From positions 47,554,001 through 47,618,000 of the forward strand of contig NW_026262690.1 of assembly GCF_021869535.1 (NCBI RefSeq): 64,000 nucleotides of DNA. Direction: 5' to 3'. Of the stretch, positions 52,598 through 63,716 are shown one piece after another. The notes below the pieces were generated by a model that searched no databases, had not been told where the DNA came from, and worked only from the letters and a program-made list of their open reading frames with translations. Source of the DNA: Mytilus californianus. Its lineage: Eukaryota. The position numbers were made by a program, and so were the translations under genes. Numbering within the stretch: the stretch's first letter is position 1; every line of letters starts with the position of its first letter.

Positions 52598-54039
52598 TAA
52601 AGCAACAAACATATATGTTGAAGATGTGAACAGTTTTGACTTTGACAAGCATTTATTTATTATTTATTAAAAGGAAGTACACATTTGTCCTTCAAAACAA
52701 GAAACAAAAGTTTCTAGTTTTCGCACAACAACTTTAAAGTTTCTAGATTCTAAGTTATGAAAATAAAAGGATTTAGTTTATTATAAGTTCTTAAAGTTAA
52801 GTGTAAAAACTGCAAATTTAAACACATCTTGTTTTTCTTTTTTTTAACTATGAATTTGTGATCTTTTATCATCATTTAATGCTCACATAAAAAGAAGAAG
52901 ATGTGTTATAATTGCCAATGAGAATACTCTCTACCAGAGACCAAATGACATAGAAGTTAACAGCTATCGGTCATCGTACGGTCTTCAACAGTGAGCAAAA
53001 CCCATACCGCAAAGTCAGCTATAAAAGGCCCCCAAATGACAAATGTAAAACAATTCAAACGAGAAAAAAAAACGGACTACTTTATGTACAAAATAATGAA
53101 CGAAAAACAAATATGATATACAGCAACAAACGACAACCACTGAATAACAGAAAATCATATATATGGGTTTTACCCTTCTTTATTTGTATTATAACCATAA
53201 TCAGGTAATAACTTACATTGCTCCGTCTTTGGTTGTCTGTGTATTGCTAAATGTTTTATAGGCTGATTTTTACTTTTCATCGTTTTTCCTTTTTTGCCAT
53301 ACTTTTGTAAGTTTCTCTTCGGCTTATGAATTTTGATTGTCCCTTTGGTATCTCCCGCCTCTATTTTTACAGTAAATAACAATAATGGATTTCAGGATAT
53401 TGGTTGTCAAGATGCACATGATGATGAAAAACAAATTCTCCATAAGACACCATGACTGAAATATATTTTAGGAGGCCTGAACTTTATTCAGTATTTATAT
53501 GAACTGTGGTCTTAAAGGGAGAAAATGCTGCAATAAAAAAATATAAATTCCATGACGGCTATAATTATGAATTTAAATTCATATCGCTGTACTTGAAAGC
53601 CCGATTAGGGGTATTACATCCATAAATGGGAATACTACCAGATATGAGATTCCCAAAGACCTGTCTTAAAGTTTGATAAGAAACCATTGTGCCAATTAGG
53701 ACAAAATTCTAATATTTTTAATCCAGCCCCATTATGTGTCATGCTTGTTCGTTTATTGTTTCGTCATAAATCAGACCGTTGGTTTTTTTCTCGTTTGAAT
53801 TGTTTCACATTTGACAAGTCGGGGGCTTTTTATAGCTGACTATACGGTATGGGTTTTGCTCATTGTTGAAGGCCGTAAGGTGTTTTATAGTTGCTTTAAT
53901 CCATGTCATTCGAATTGATTTACAGACTTTTGGCATGGAAAAATCACATGAAGAATGTGGCACGGTTAAACATGTATGCGAGTGCTCATATGTCCCGATA
54001 CAGTGGTTCAACAGTACAATATAAGAATTAAGCGAAAAC

Positions 54040-54440
54040 ACCAATTGGAAATGTGTTGAGTCATCAGAGTGACACGAAGCACAATCTTACATAAAGACAA
54101 TAGATCTAAAGTACCGATCTAAGAGTCACAGTTACTGAAAGCAAATCCAAAGCTAATAACAACTAATAAATAAATCATGTTACCTAGACTAAAGTATTAA
54201 TCTGTACACATTCAACGGATTTAGTGTAAGACGTCATATAAAGTTTGGGAAAACATGACCTTGTGCAATGCCAAAATAAAGGTACATTGTATCGACAGGA
54301 AGTTTGAATTTATCAGAATCAAATGTTCGTACCGATAAAAACAAAATTGACAGATCTTACTAGGGTGTTAAACTGATATCCTTGAAGAATAATTCTATTC
54401 AAAGGATCAGTAAATTTACATGGATCACCTTCGAAAAAAA
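54040..54440 (-). mobile_element. 3' fragment of Naiad family 2 including a degenerate SECIS-like hairpin (54186-54245)
   Basis: Coding remnant DPLNRIILQGYQFN; AUGAC-GUCUUACACU-AAA-UCCGUUGAA-UGUGUACAGAU-UAAU (the 3' GA is mutated). Confidence 0.7.
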
Positions 54441-54639
54441 GGAAAAGTAAGGTATGAGTACGAAAAATCGTACATTTTGGTGTAGAGCTAACCGTGTGAA
54501 ATTGAAATATTTAAATCTCGGAAAGACAGTTATTGCTGTTTATATTAGTTGTTTTCAACGTAATCTCCCTTGGGTAGATTTCGGCATTATATTTAGAGTA
54601 TTCTTGATTATTTAACATAACAATTTCATAAAGGTAACG

Positions 54640-55800
54640 GTAAAAAAAAGAGGCAAAATATATCAATAGGATAATACATTAGTCGAAAACAAACTGAATC
54701 GGATAATGCCATGGCAAAAAAAGAAAAATGATCAAAAGACAAACCAGAGCATACAAAACACAACATTGAAAACTAAAGACTGGGCAACACGAACCCCACC
54801 AAAAACCGGGAATGATCTCGGATGCTCTGGAAGGATAAGCATATCCTGCTTAACATGTGGCATTCATCGTGTTGTTCGTGTAAAAAAAACGGTGATAAAT
54901 CTGTTCGTTAGGTCACATTCGGAGAAAAAGAGGACAGAATTGTCGCTATCTATGAAACAGATATTCCGAAAAGGTCAACCAACTCCTTATGGCGTCCGTA
55001 AAATTTTCTAATGGATGATTACAACTTCACCACTCGAAACTCTTGGTTCAAAATCTTCCTTGTAAGCAGCAATCCCAATTCAAGGAAGTTTTGATAGGAA
55101 ATGCAATCTCCGAAAAATCGTATCAACTGGCAGATGTATACTCCATATGCAGGTGCTACTGGAACGTTGATATAAAATAATTTTAAAGTTCACAATTGGG
55201 AATTCTTTTGTTGTAAAGTTTTGTCCTCAACCAACCCTCATTGTCAATTTCTAGATGTAAGTTACGAAATGAGGCCATAACTGTGTCTCTTGTATCCTTT
55301 ATTTCAAGATCGATGGGATAGATGCGTTCAACATAGTCCCCAAACTTTGAACTATTTATTGAGAGGAAATCATCTATATAGCGAAACTTGAAGTTAAAGG
55401 ATAATGCTAGCTTCTTTTCTTTTTTCCTAAAAAGCTCCTGTATGAAGCCAGTCTCAAATGAATAAGGATCAAGTCGACAAGAAGATGAGCACAGTTTGTT
55501 CATGGGAATATCGATTGTTTGTTGAAATACACGTCCCCCAGACGAAACAAATATGTTGTCAATCAAGAAATCAAGCATTTAGATAATGTATGTTTCAGGG
55601 AATTTTTTGTTTGAATCAAAGTGATCTTTTTTACAAAGTACGATTTATCACTTCCTAAGACAAGATACTTGTAATTACGTTGGCCATTCTGTTTTATGAA
55701 ACAAATCAGGACCAATTCTTTCATTTGTCTTTTAGTTTGGAATGGGAAACCATTTTATGACTTTCTTAAACTATTTTCAAAATGCGATATTCGAGTATCC
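54640..55800 (-). mobile_element. Degenerate Naiad family 1 copy (RT C-terminal half + 3' UTR)
   Basis: MLDFLIDNIFV..GRVFQQTI, FRYIDD, YPIDLEIKDT; 3' UTR matches 1560-1780. Confidence 0.85.
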
Positions 55801-56089
55801 ACAATATTCATATTTTTATTCAAATAAGAATCAAGAGATTATTTATCAGATCTCTTCTGTTTACATAATTTAATTTTAGAATTTTAGAATAGGATGAATG
55901 AGCGTCTTTAATGACTGACGACACTTTTGTCTGCAGGCAAAATGCATTATCACATCATCTATACCAAGTCAAATATATATATCATGATTAATTTGTTCAC
56001 CTTTTCCACTTTTCGAATTATATCATAAAGTGGTATATATTTTGAAATACTTCATGCTCAGATTAACATCATACTGATATAATCTATTG

Positions 56090-56660
56090 TAAAAAGTCAT
56101 AAAAAGATACCAGGCTTGTGAATTGGTATGCCAGAGGCGCGTTTCGACTACATAAGACTCATCAGTGGCGCTCGAATCAAAACAGTTCACGTTAAAACCA
56201 AATCAAATACGAAGTCAAAGAGTATTAAAAACTGAAAAAAAAATCCGAAAATTTGTGCCAATACACGACTTAGGCAATCTATGTTCTAGATGTAGAAAAA
56301 ACCTTAGTGGTTCGAATAATTCAACATTCTGTAAACAGTAAATTTACAGAAAATGAACATATCAATGATATTGCATGTCAACACAAAAGTACCGACTACT
56401 GGACTGGTGATACTTTCAGATATGGAACTTTCACCAGCAGTTGCATCGACCCAGTGGTTGTAAAAACTCATCAAAGATACCCATCAAAGATACCAAGCTT
56501 ATAGTTACGTCAACCAGACGTGAGTGTTTTCGACATAAGACTCTTCGGTGGTGCTCAGATCAAAACAATAGTAAGGCCAAATCAAATACGAAGTTAAAGA
56601 GCATTAATCCCCATAAATTCCGAAAAGTTGTGCGAAATACGGCTAAGTAATTCGGAAGAT
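56090..56660 (-). mobile_element. Retrozyme-like tandem repeat (~1.5 monomers of ~370-385 bp) with two degenerate type I hammerhead motifs
   Basis: 56127-56173(-): GCGCCA-CUGAUGA-GUC-UUAUGUA-GUC-GAAA-CGCGC-CUC-UGGCAU; a second, more decayed copy near 56505-56556. Confidence 0.7.
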
Positions 56661-57127
56661 TAATTTTCTCCTATCCATGTTACTTTGCGTAAATTCAATA
56701 TGTTTGACTAGTTAACTATAACACATTATAAGATAAACGACTTCACAAAAATAAAAAGGTATTTTATTGTCGATGAAATATCTTAAACAAAAAGAAACGT
56801 AAGTGAATGACTCCTTGTCTATAATCCTTTTAAATAAGTATCTGTCTATTGTTTTTCAATATAATAACAAAAGCCGAATTATAAAAGAAATCAAATAACA
56901 AAATATATATAGAAATTTTTATTCGATGACTGTTCCTCAAACAAATAAACATTGTGATAGGGGTATAGTAAACTGTATTACAATAACATGGAGGACTAAG
57001 AAAATAATTAAAAATCTTTTAAAAACCTTGAATGGTAGGTGAATTCTTCTTTTCACTAAATTATTATTGTAATTAGGTCAATGTTGGTGTCGAGTTTCAA
57101 AACATTTAAGAATAAAGATATAACAGA

Positions 57128-57346
57128 ATGGTAAGTTTTATTTTTTTTGCGTGCGATTTTATTTAACAAGTCAGGAATATATTAGTTCTTCTCAATATCT
57201 ATATTTGTTTTTTGGTTTTAATGTCTCATTTTTCAATACTCTGGAATCTGCTAATATTTATATTTAGTATTGTTATTATAAATCACGATAGTAATGTATA
57301 TTATTTTTCAAACAGGCGTCTGATTTTACAGAAGACCAGTTGGAAG
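57128..57346 (+). CDS. Probable sixth calmodulin-superfamily gene F, first two exons only (57128-57130, 57316-57346); remainder not in window
   Basis: ATG|gtaagt, then aacag|31 bp encoding ASDFTEDQLE + G|gttggt, the same sizes and phases as genes A-E. No exon 3 found up to 64000. Confidence 0.65.
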
Positions 57347-58129
57347 GTTGGTATTAACACATTTTCAATACAACAAAAGATAAAAAAAATCACAATATAA
57401 TTAAACAAATCTGCTTTGAGAAAATAAACAGTGTTTAAATATTGTAACGTAAAAATCAAACTTGAGCATGGTGTTGTGAGTGTTTGATTATAATAAATAT
57501 GTTTTATCATACTCAAATGTTTAGTTGGTCCCATATGAATTCGATACATACGTTAACATCATTTCATTTGTCCTTTATACCCCCCCTGAACCGATGAAGG
57601 TCAAATGATACAATTCAGTCTGGTGGACAAAATTTGTAAAACTGACATTTAATATGGATAGATTATAACATGCTATTTTTTGTATTAGCCCAGGTACCAT
57701 GTCAATGACAGTATCCTAAAATATGTCCTAAGATATGTCTTAGGACATTATTTAGGATGGTATTAAGGCGTGTCTGAGACATGTCTTGGGATGTAAAACA
57801 AAGCTATCTTAGGACAGTCCTAACTACGATGGTCCTAGGACCATCCTATCACTTTTATTCTATTAATAAAGATATGAAGAGAATTAAATGAAATACATTT
57901 TAATGAATTTCAGTGTATATGTAAAGGGCGCGATGTCGCATCTTTTATGAAAAAAAATTCACGCAAAATGAAGTTTTAACGTAATACCAATAGATACATT
58001 ATTATGTATTATTAAAAATGATAAATAAATTTCAAACAAAAACTTAGCTGACAAAACTTTGTTAGAGGCTATTATCGTGCTGCAATTTAAGTTATATAAA
58101 CTAGTGTTGTCCACTCGATTTCATTACAC

Positions 58130-59420
58130 GTATTGAATAATAAAGGCAACAGTAGTATACCGGTGTTCAAAAGTCACAAATCGATTGAGAGAAAACAAAT
58201 CCGGGTTACAAACCAAAACCGAGGGAAACACATCAACTATAAGAGGAAAACAAAGGAACAAAAGGAACACCGAAGTGCAACAAAAACAAACGCCAACACA
58301 CATAGAAACGAACTATTTGATAACACTGCCATATTCCTGACTTGGTACAGGACATTTTAAGAAAATGGTGGGTTGAACCTGGTTTCATGGCATGCTAAAC
58401 CTCCCGCTTTATGACAATGTTAAAAAATATCGCTAAAACACTATATGACAGAAATACAGCACAAACACACGCAAGAACATTCATAACAGAGAAACGCACA
58501 AACAAATAATATAATAGTCGACACAACATGCAAACCACAGAACAACAACGAACATATTCCATCAACGAAAAACACCACAGGATATAAAAAACAGTGACGC
58601 GCACGTAACTAACATGCAATCTCGAACTTTATACAATTATTTTCACAATATTCGTCCAAACAATTTTCATGACAATGATGGTATGGAAAAGCTATTTTAC
58701 AATTATTTGGACTACAAACGATAAGACATAACAGATAATCCAACCGAAACCATAACAGAAACATCAAAATAAATCCATTAATGTTGGATGTACAAAACAC
58801 CGAGACACGCCGCACAGCAATGCAAATTCACATTCAGTATAACAGTCATATTCGGGAATACGACAACGATGGTATTGAAAGGCAATTTTATAATTTTTTG
58901 GACTACAAACGATAAGACATAACAGATTATCCAACCGAAACCATAACAGAAACATCAGAAAAAATACATGAATGTTGGATGTACAAAATACCGAGACACG
59001 TCGTATAACAATGTAAATTCACTCTCGGTAGAACAGTCATATTCGGGAATAGGTCACGTTCGGTACTTAGCAGACAGACGACATAGATGTTAAACCACAA
59101 TCTAAGACGTGGTAAAAATGTCATTAGTTAGTTTAGACACAGACACATCGTATAGATCAACCAATTCGTGATGGTGTCCATAAAATTTACGGAGTGTCAT
59201 TTTTAATCTAACCTCCTCATAACTCTGTTAGGGCAGTTTCTAGGTAAGGAGCATACTCCTGTATATGAAGTCAGTATAGTGTGAACATGCACGAGCATAA
59301 CGTACCAATTGAGATATGTACACACCATACGACGGAGCAGAGGGTATGTTACTGCAGAGAAATGGGAAATTGATAATTTGATAATCAGCTATAGTAAGAA
59401 AAGAAGTCCAACTTTTTCTG
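58130..59420 (-). mobile_element. 3' part of a Naiad-type element (family 3) with a 191-bp tandem duplication (58671-59052) in its 3' UTR
   Basis: INFPFLCSNIPSAPSYGVYISQLVRYARAC at 59240-59380; gacaa(t/c)gatggtat at 58671 and 58862. Confidence 0.75.
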
Positions 59421-59830
59421 AAACCGAAATTCAAATGTTTTCCCATTTTTTAATTATTATTGTACCATTTGGTCAGGTGCAAAAAAATGTTGCTTACATT
59501 GATAGAATTTTTAAATTTCAAAAAAAGGGCAGCTCGGATTATTTTAAATGAGCGTAATAATATGAAATTGTCAAACATACTTTTTAGAGATCTGCGATGA
59601 ATGCCCATTTCAGATGATTTTGTATATAGAAAAGCAATTTTAGATATGTGCATCAGGTTAGTTCTAGAACAACCAGACAAAGTACTCGTTATATGCTTAT
59701 TTTTCCAAAAACTAAAGCTATTGAATACTATAAACGCTCTTTGTTGATATCTGAAAGTATCGTATGGATCAAATTTTTCTTCAAATTTTAAATAAAGTAA
59801 CACAATTGAATCTTTAGAAAAAAACATATA
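59420..59830 (+). pseudogene. Remnant of an L2/CR1-group LINE ORF2 C-terminus
   Basis: With frameshifts reads ..NYYCTIWSG..DRIFKFQK.AARIILN..LFRDLR*MPISD..VYRKAI, resembling the DYCxxIW...QKRAARIIL...LxWxP motif of L2/CR1-group RTs. Confidence 0.55.
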
Positions 59831-61174
59831 TTGAAGAATATTTTGTTTAATAAGTTTAATTCTAATAACAGTATAAAAATTTGATATTTGTATTAGTATT
59901 TTTATTGTTCAATTTAGGCCATATTTGTTGTTTTTATTTCGACTTAGGACATTGTAACTTTTAGGACTATCCTAATGTATATATCCTAACTTTAGGACTA
60001 AATTTAGGACATATCTTATCTTAGGAGACTTTCTTTAATCTGACTTAGGACTAAGACGTGTCCTAAGACCATCCGTAGACACGTCCTAGTCCTAAGACAG
60101 CTTCGTTGACACGGTCACTGATATTTTTGACCTCGACTAAATTGTCTCTCGTCAGTTATAAATGTATCGGGATGAAAACAAGGTCCGAAAGAACTACACA
60201 TAGTCAGTGCGGACCAGAATATGAGCTGATATATACTTGTAATAAAAAAAAAATGTACTCATATCGAATTTTGGGTTGATATGGGTTTTAATGACAAAAT
60301 TCGTTATATTTTTATTCTTGTTTATAATAATGTTTTCGGCCTCTAAATAAAGGCAGCAGTAGTGTACCGATGTTCATATTTCGTAAATCGATTAAAAAGA
60401 GACAAATCAAGGTAATAAACAAAAACCGAGGGAGTAGCATGAAATCCGAAAGGAGCAAGACCGAATGTATCGACGAGGTATTAAAGGGCGCCAAAAATAG
60501 GCAATACGAATTTTCATACCAGATTTGGGATTTGATATTATTTACAAGTCTAAATTTGTCGTATATTAGCTATACCAAAAGGCAATATTCAAACAAATAT
60601 GTATTTATTCTAATGAGATATAATTCGACTTTTCCTGCTCATTTATTTTAAGCCATATAATAAAATTGAGAATGGAAATGGGGAATGTGTCAAAGAGACA
60701 ACAACCCGACCATAGAACAGACAACAGCAGAAGGTCACCAACAGGTCTTCAATGCAGCGAGAAATTCCCGCACCCGGAGGCGTCCTTCAGCTGGCCCCTA
60801 AACAAATATATATACTAGTTCAGTGATAATGAACGCCATACTAAACTCCAAATTGTACACAAGAAACTAAAATTAAAAATAATACAAGACTAACAAAGGC
60901 TAGAGGCTCCTGACTTGGGACAGGCGCAAAAATGCGGCGGGGTTAAACATGTTTATGAGATCTCAACCCTCCCCCTATACCTCTAGCCAATGTAGAAAAG
61001 TAAACGCATAACAATACGCACATTAAAATTCAGTTCAAGAGAAGTCCGAGTCTGATGTCAGAAGATGTAACCAAAGAAAATAAACAAAATGACAATAATA
61101 CATAAATAACAACAGACTACTAGCAGTTAACTGACATGCCAGCTCCAGACTTCAATTAAACTGATTGAAAGATT

Positions 61175-61259
61175 ATGTCTTCATCATATGAATATCAGGC
61201 ACAATCCTTCCCGTTAGGGGTTTAGTATCATACCATCATAACATATATGAGAAGAACAT
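61175..61259 (-). promoter_or_regulatory. Eukaryotic SECIS element, type II
   Basis: Helix I UCAUAU/AUAUGA; core AUGAU (61239-35)/UGAU (61197-94); helix II GGUAUGAUACU/AGGAUUGUGCC (10 of 11 pairs including G-U); apical AAA (61223-21) then CCC-CUAAC-GGG mini-stem. Folded by hand. Confidence 0.85.
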
Positions 61260-61300
61260 AACCCGTGTCATGCCAACAACTGGTTTTTAAATAAATGTGT

Positions 61301-63716
61301 TTAGTGCCGATGCAAAGACCCTATAAGTGAATCAATATTAACGCCAAAATATGCAATCTTTAATGACCTGACAACAGTATCGTAACTATATCCCTTCTTA
61401 ATAAGTCTATTTAAAGGTTTTGTTAGCTTCAGAGGTGAATACTGACATTTTTGTGCTTTATAAAGAATATTTCCATAAAAAATTGGATGTGAAATACCTG
61501 AACGTATAAGAAGTCTGCATGTTGAGCTATATTTACGAATGATGTCCTTATACCGATGATAAAATTTAGTAAATGTTTTGACTAGTTTGTGATATCGAAA
61601 ACCCTGGTGTAATAATTTTTCAGTAATACATAAATTCTCTCGTTAAAATCTAAAACATTGTTACATACACGAGCGAATCGTACAAGTTGAGATATATAAA
61701 CACCGTAAGATGGTGACAAGGGAACGTCACCATCTAAAAATGGATAATTGACGATAGGAAATGAAAAATCATCTCTTTTATCATATATTTTAGTATTAAG
61801 CTTTCCGTTAATGATATAGATATCAAGATCGAGGAAAGGGCAGTGGTCATTGTTAGTATTAGCTTAATTTAAAGTAAGTTCAACAGGATAAATTTCTTTA
61901 GTATACACGCTGAAGTCGTCATTATTGAGAGCCAAAATATCATCCAAATATCTAAAAGTATTATTAAATTTGTGTATCAGATGTTGTTTCGATGGGTCTT
62001 TGCTGATTTTTGTCATAAATTGTAACTCATAGCAATACAAAAAAAGGTCCGCAATAAGTGGTGCACAGTTAGTTCCCATTGGAATTCCGATAACCTGACG
62101 ATATACGGAATCTCCAAAGCGAACAAAAATGTTATCTAGTAAAAATTCAAGGGCATATATAGTATCAAAGCATGTCCAATTGACATAGTTTTTTTGTTTA
62201 TTGCTACTAAAAAATGACCTAAAAGAGTTTGAACATATATATTCACATTCTGACTTTTTAAATGCCCATTTAATTAGGTGTGTGAATTTTTTCTTAATGA
62301 GAATGTGAGGCAATGTGGTATATAGGGTAGAAAAATCAAAACTTTGAACAGATTCAAAATCACCAATATATGCATGTAATTTATCAAGTACTTCCAACGA
62401 GTTCTTGACACTCCAAAAGTAATTAATTCCACTATTTTCGAAGGCCTTATTTGAACAATTTATTATCAGGTTTTTGATTATACCAAGTGTACTGGTAAGA
62501 AGAATAGACAATTTAGTAGTGGAACAATGGCTTGAAGACGAAATGAATCTATATTTGTAAGGTGTTTTGTGTAGCTTCAGAAGCCAAAACATAGTTGGGA
62601 CTTTCATTGTATTTGGTTCTGCATGTAAAGCGGTAGCTCAAAGTTTATGTTTGTTACAGATGTCGTTTTCTGAAAATGGAGTCAGTTGGAATGTTGGTGA
62701 ATTGGTGATTTCTTTTTTCAGAACCTCAATGTAAAATTTACGTCAAACAATAATAATATTATTAGCAGCTTTATCGGCCGGGACAAAAACAAATTCCTTG
62801 GCTAGTTCTTTTAGTTTATGTTTGATACGAGAAATAGGTTTATTGTGGTTATTGTTAAGAGTAAAATGCTCTTTAAAATGTTGAATACGTATATCAACTA
62901 TGTTCATTACTGAATTAAAAAAAAGAGTCCAAAGATTTTTTTGTCAGCTTTTTCCCGTTTTATCCATTTCAAACAGTAAGTATGGAGTGAGTCGTGGATG
63001 ATATTACGACACTCATTCCAATTAATAATTGACGGGGGACGATATTTAGGTCCTTTACTGAGGAATGATTTTAACTCTCGGTCTTGAACGATGTTAAGAT
63101 CTCCTGTTATAACATGGGAAATGGGTCCATAAATGTATTCTGAATTACTGCAATTACATGAAGTAGGTGTATTTTCACTGATATTAACATCTTTACACAA
63201 TTGGCTATAATTAAACACAAATTTCCGGGTAGATTTCTTGTAAATATAACAAATAAGAGGGAGCTCAGTATTATCAAAATATCCCGGAATTTGTTCTTTA
63301 ACAGAATGGTCGTTAAAAATACCGCCAATATTTACAAAATCAAAACCTTTATTGACATACTTTATTTTAATAAACTGTTTTTTATGATCTTCAGGGCGAT
63401 CAATTTTGGGAAACAGTTTAGAATAACAATATGCCATTATAATTTGAACGATTTCATACTTAGGACTGCTATATGAAATTGTGCTGCAATCCTCAAAAAT
63501 TTTATTTAACTTATTAACCGGTAATGAACAGAGCTTTGTTAACAGATAATGTCTGCCGTTGTTTTTTGAAATAGAAATTAGGTCCGAAATATTGGTATGA
63601 TTGGTCCGAAATTTTCTTTGATTGCGATTTTTTCTACGACCATGAGAACGGTTTTTACGAACAGTTTTAGAAACTATATCCAAAATGTTAACAGAATGCA
63701 TTATACATGAAGTCAA
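61301..63716 (-). pseudogene. Naiad RT polyprotein ORF with a candidate selenocysteine codon at complement(62743-62745)
   Basis: One reading after correcting two +1 homopolymer insertions (A7 and T8 near 62915-62942). In-frame TGA 62743-45 aligns with Cys; second TGA 62638-40; TAA 61864-66 (probably from AAA); natural stop 61301-03. Confidence 0.85.

Larger units (their letters stand above)
57692..60117. mobile_element. Possible non-autonomous PIF/Harbinger-like element with TTAGGAC/TCCTAA-rich subtermini, carrying nested insertions
   Basis: Imperfect TIR ggtaccatgtcaatgac / gtgaccgtgtcaacgaa (reverse); many inverted ttaggac motifs at 57710-57850 and 59940-60100. No clean TSD. Confidence 0.45.
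60655..63716 (-). mobile_element. Naiad-type Penelope-like element, SECIS-bearing (candidate selenoprotein family), 5'-truncated
   Basis: CxC linker SCNCSNSEYIYGPISHVITGDL, PADKAANN, FDFSTLYT, GIPMGTNCAP, FRYLDD, no C-terminal endonuclease; 3' UTR 61300-60655. No GIY-YIG recognised upstream within the window. Confidence 0.9.

Noticed and set aside
52595-54245. TE-donated SECIS recoding the TGA stop of gene E (or gene B)
   Set aside because: The 54.2 kb hairpin is antisense to gene E and has a mutated core; no SECIS was seen downstream of gene B.
59450-59827. 125-aa minus-strand ORF as a novel protein
   Set aside because: The plus strand shows decayed LINE ORF2 motifs, so the ORF is best explained as its shadow.
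61864-61866. ORF end at TAA (LTLN*) as the natural stop
   Set aside because: RT homology continues in frame to 61301, and family 2 has Lys here, so this is a nonsense mutation.
62638-62640. Second in-frame TGA in the Sec-type Naiad as a second selenocysteine
   Set aside because: It does not align cleanly with a Cys in the sister family (HKL*ATAL vs HRSVLCSF) and is one change from TTA (Leu). Left open pending a family consensus.
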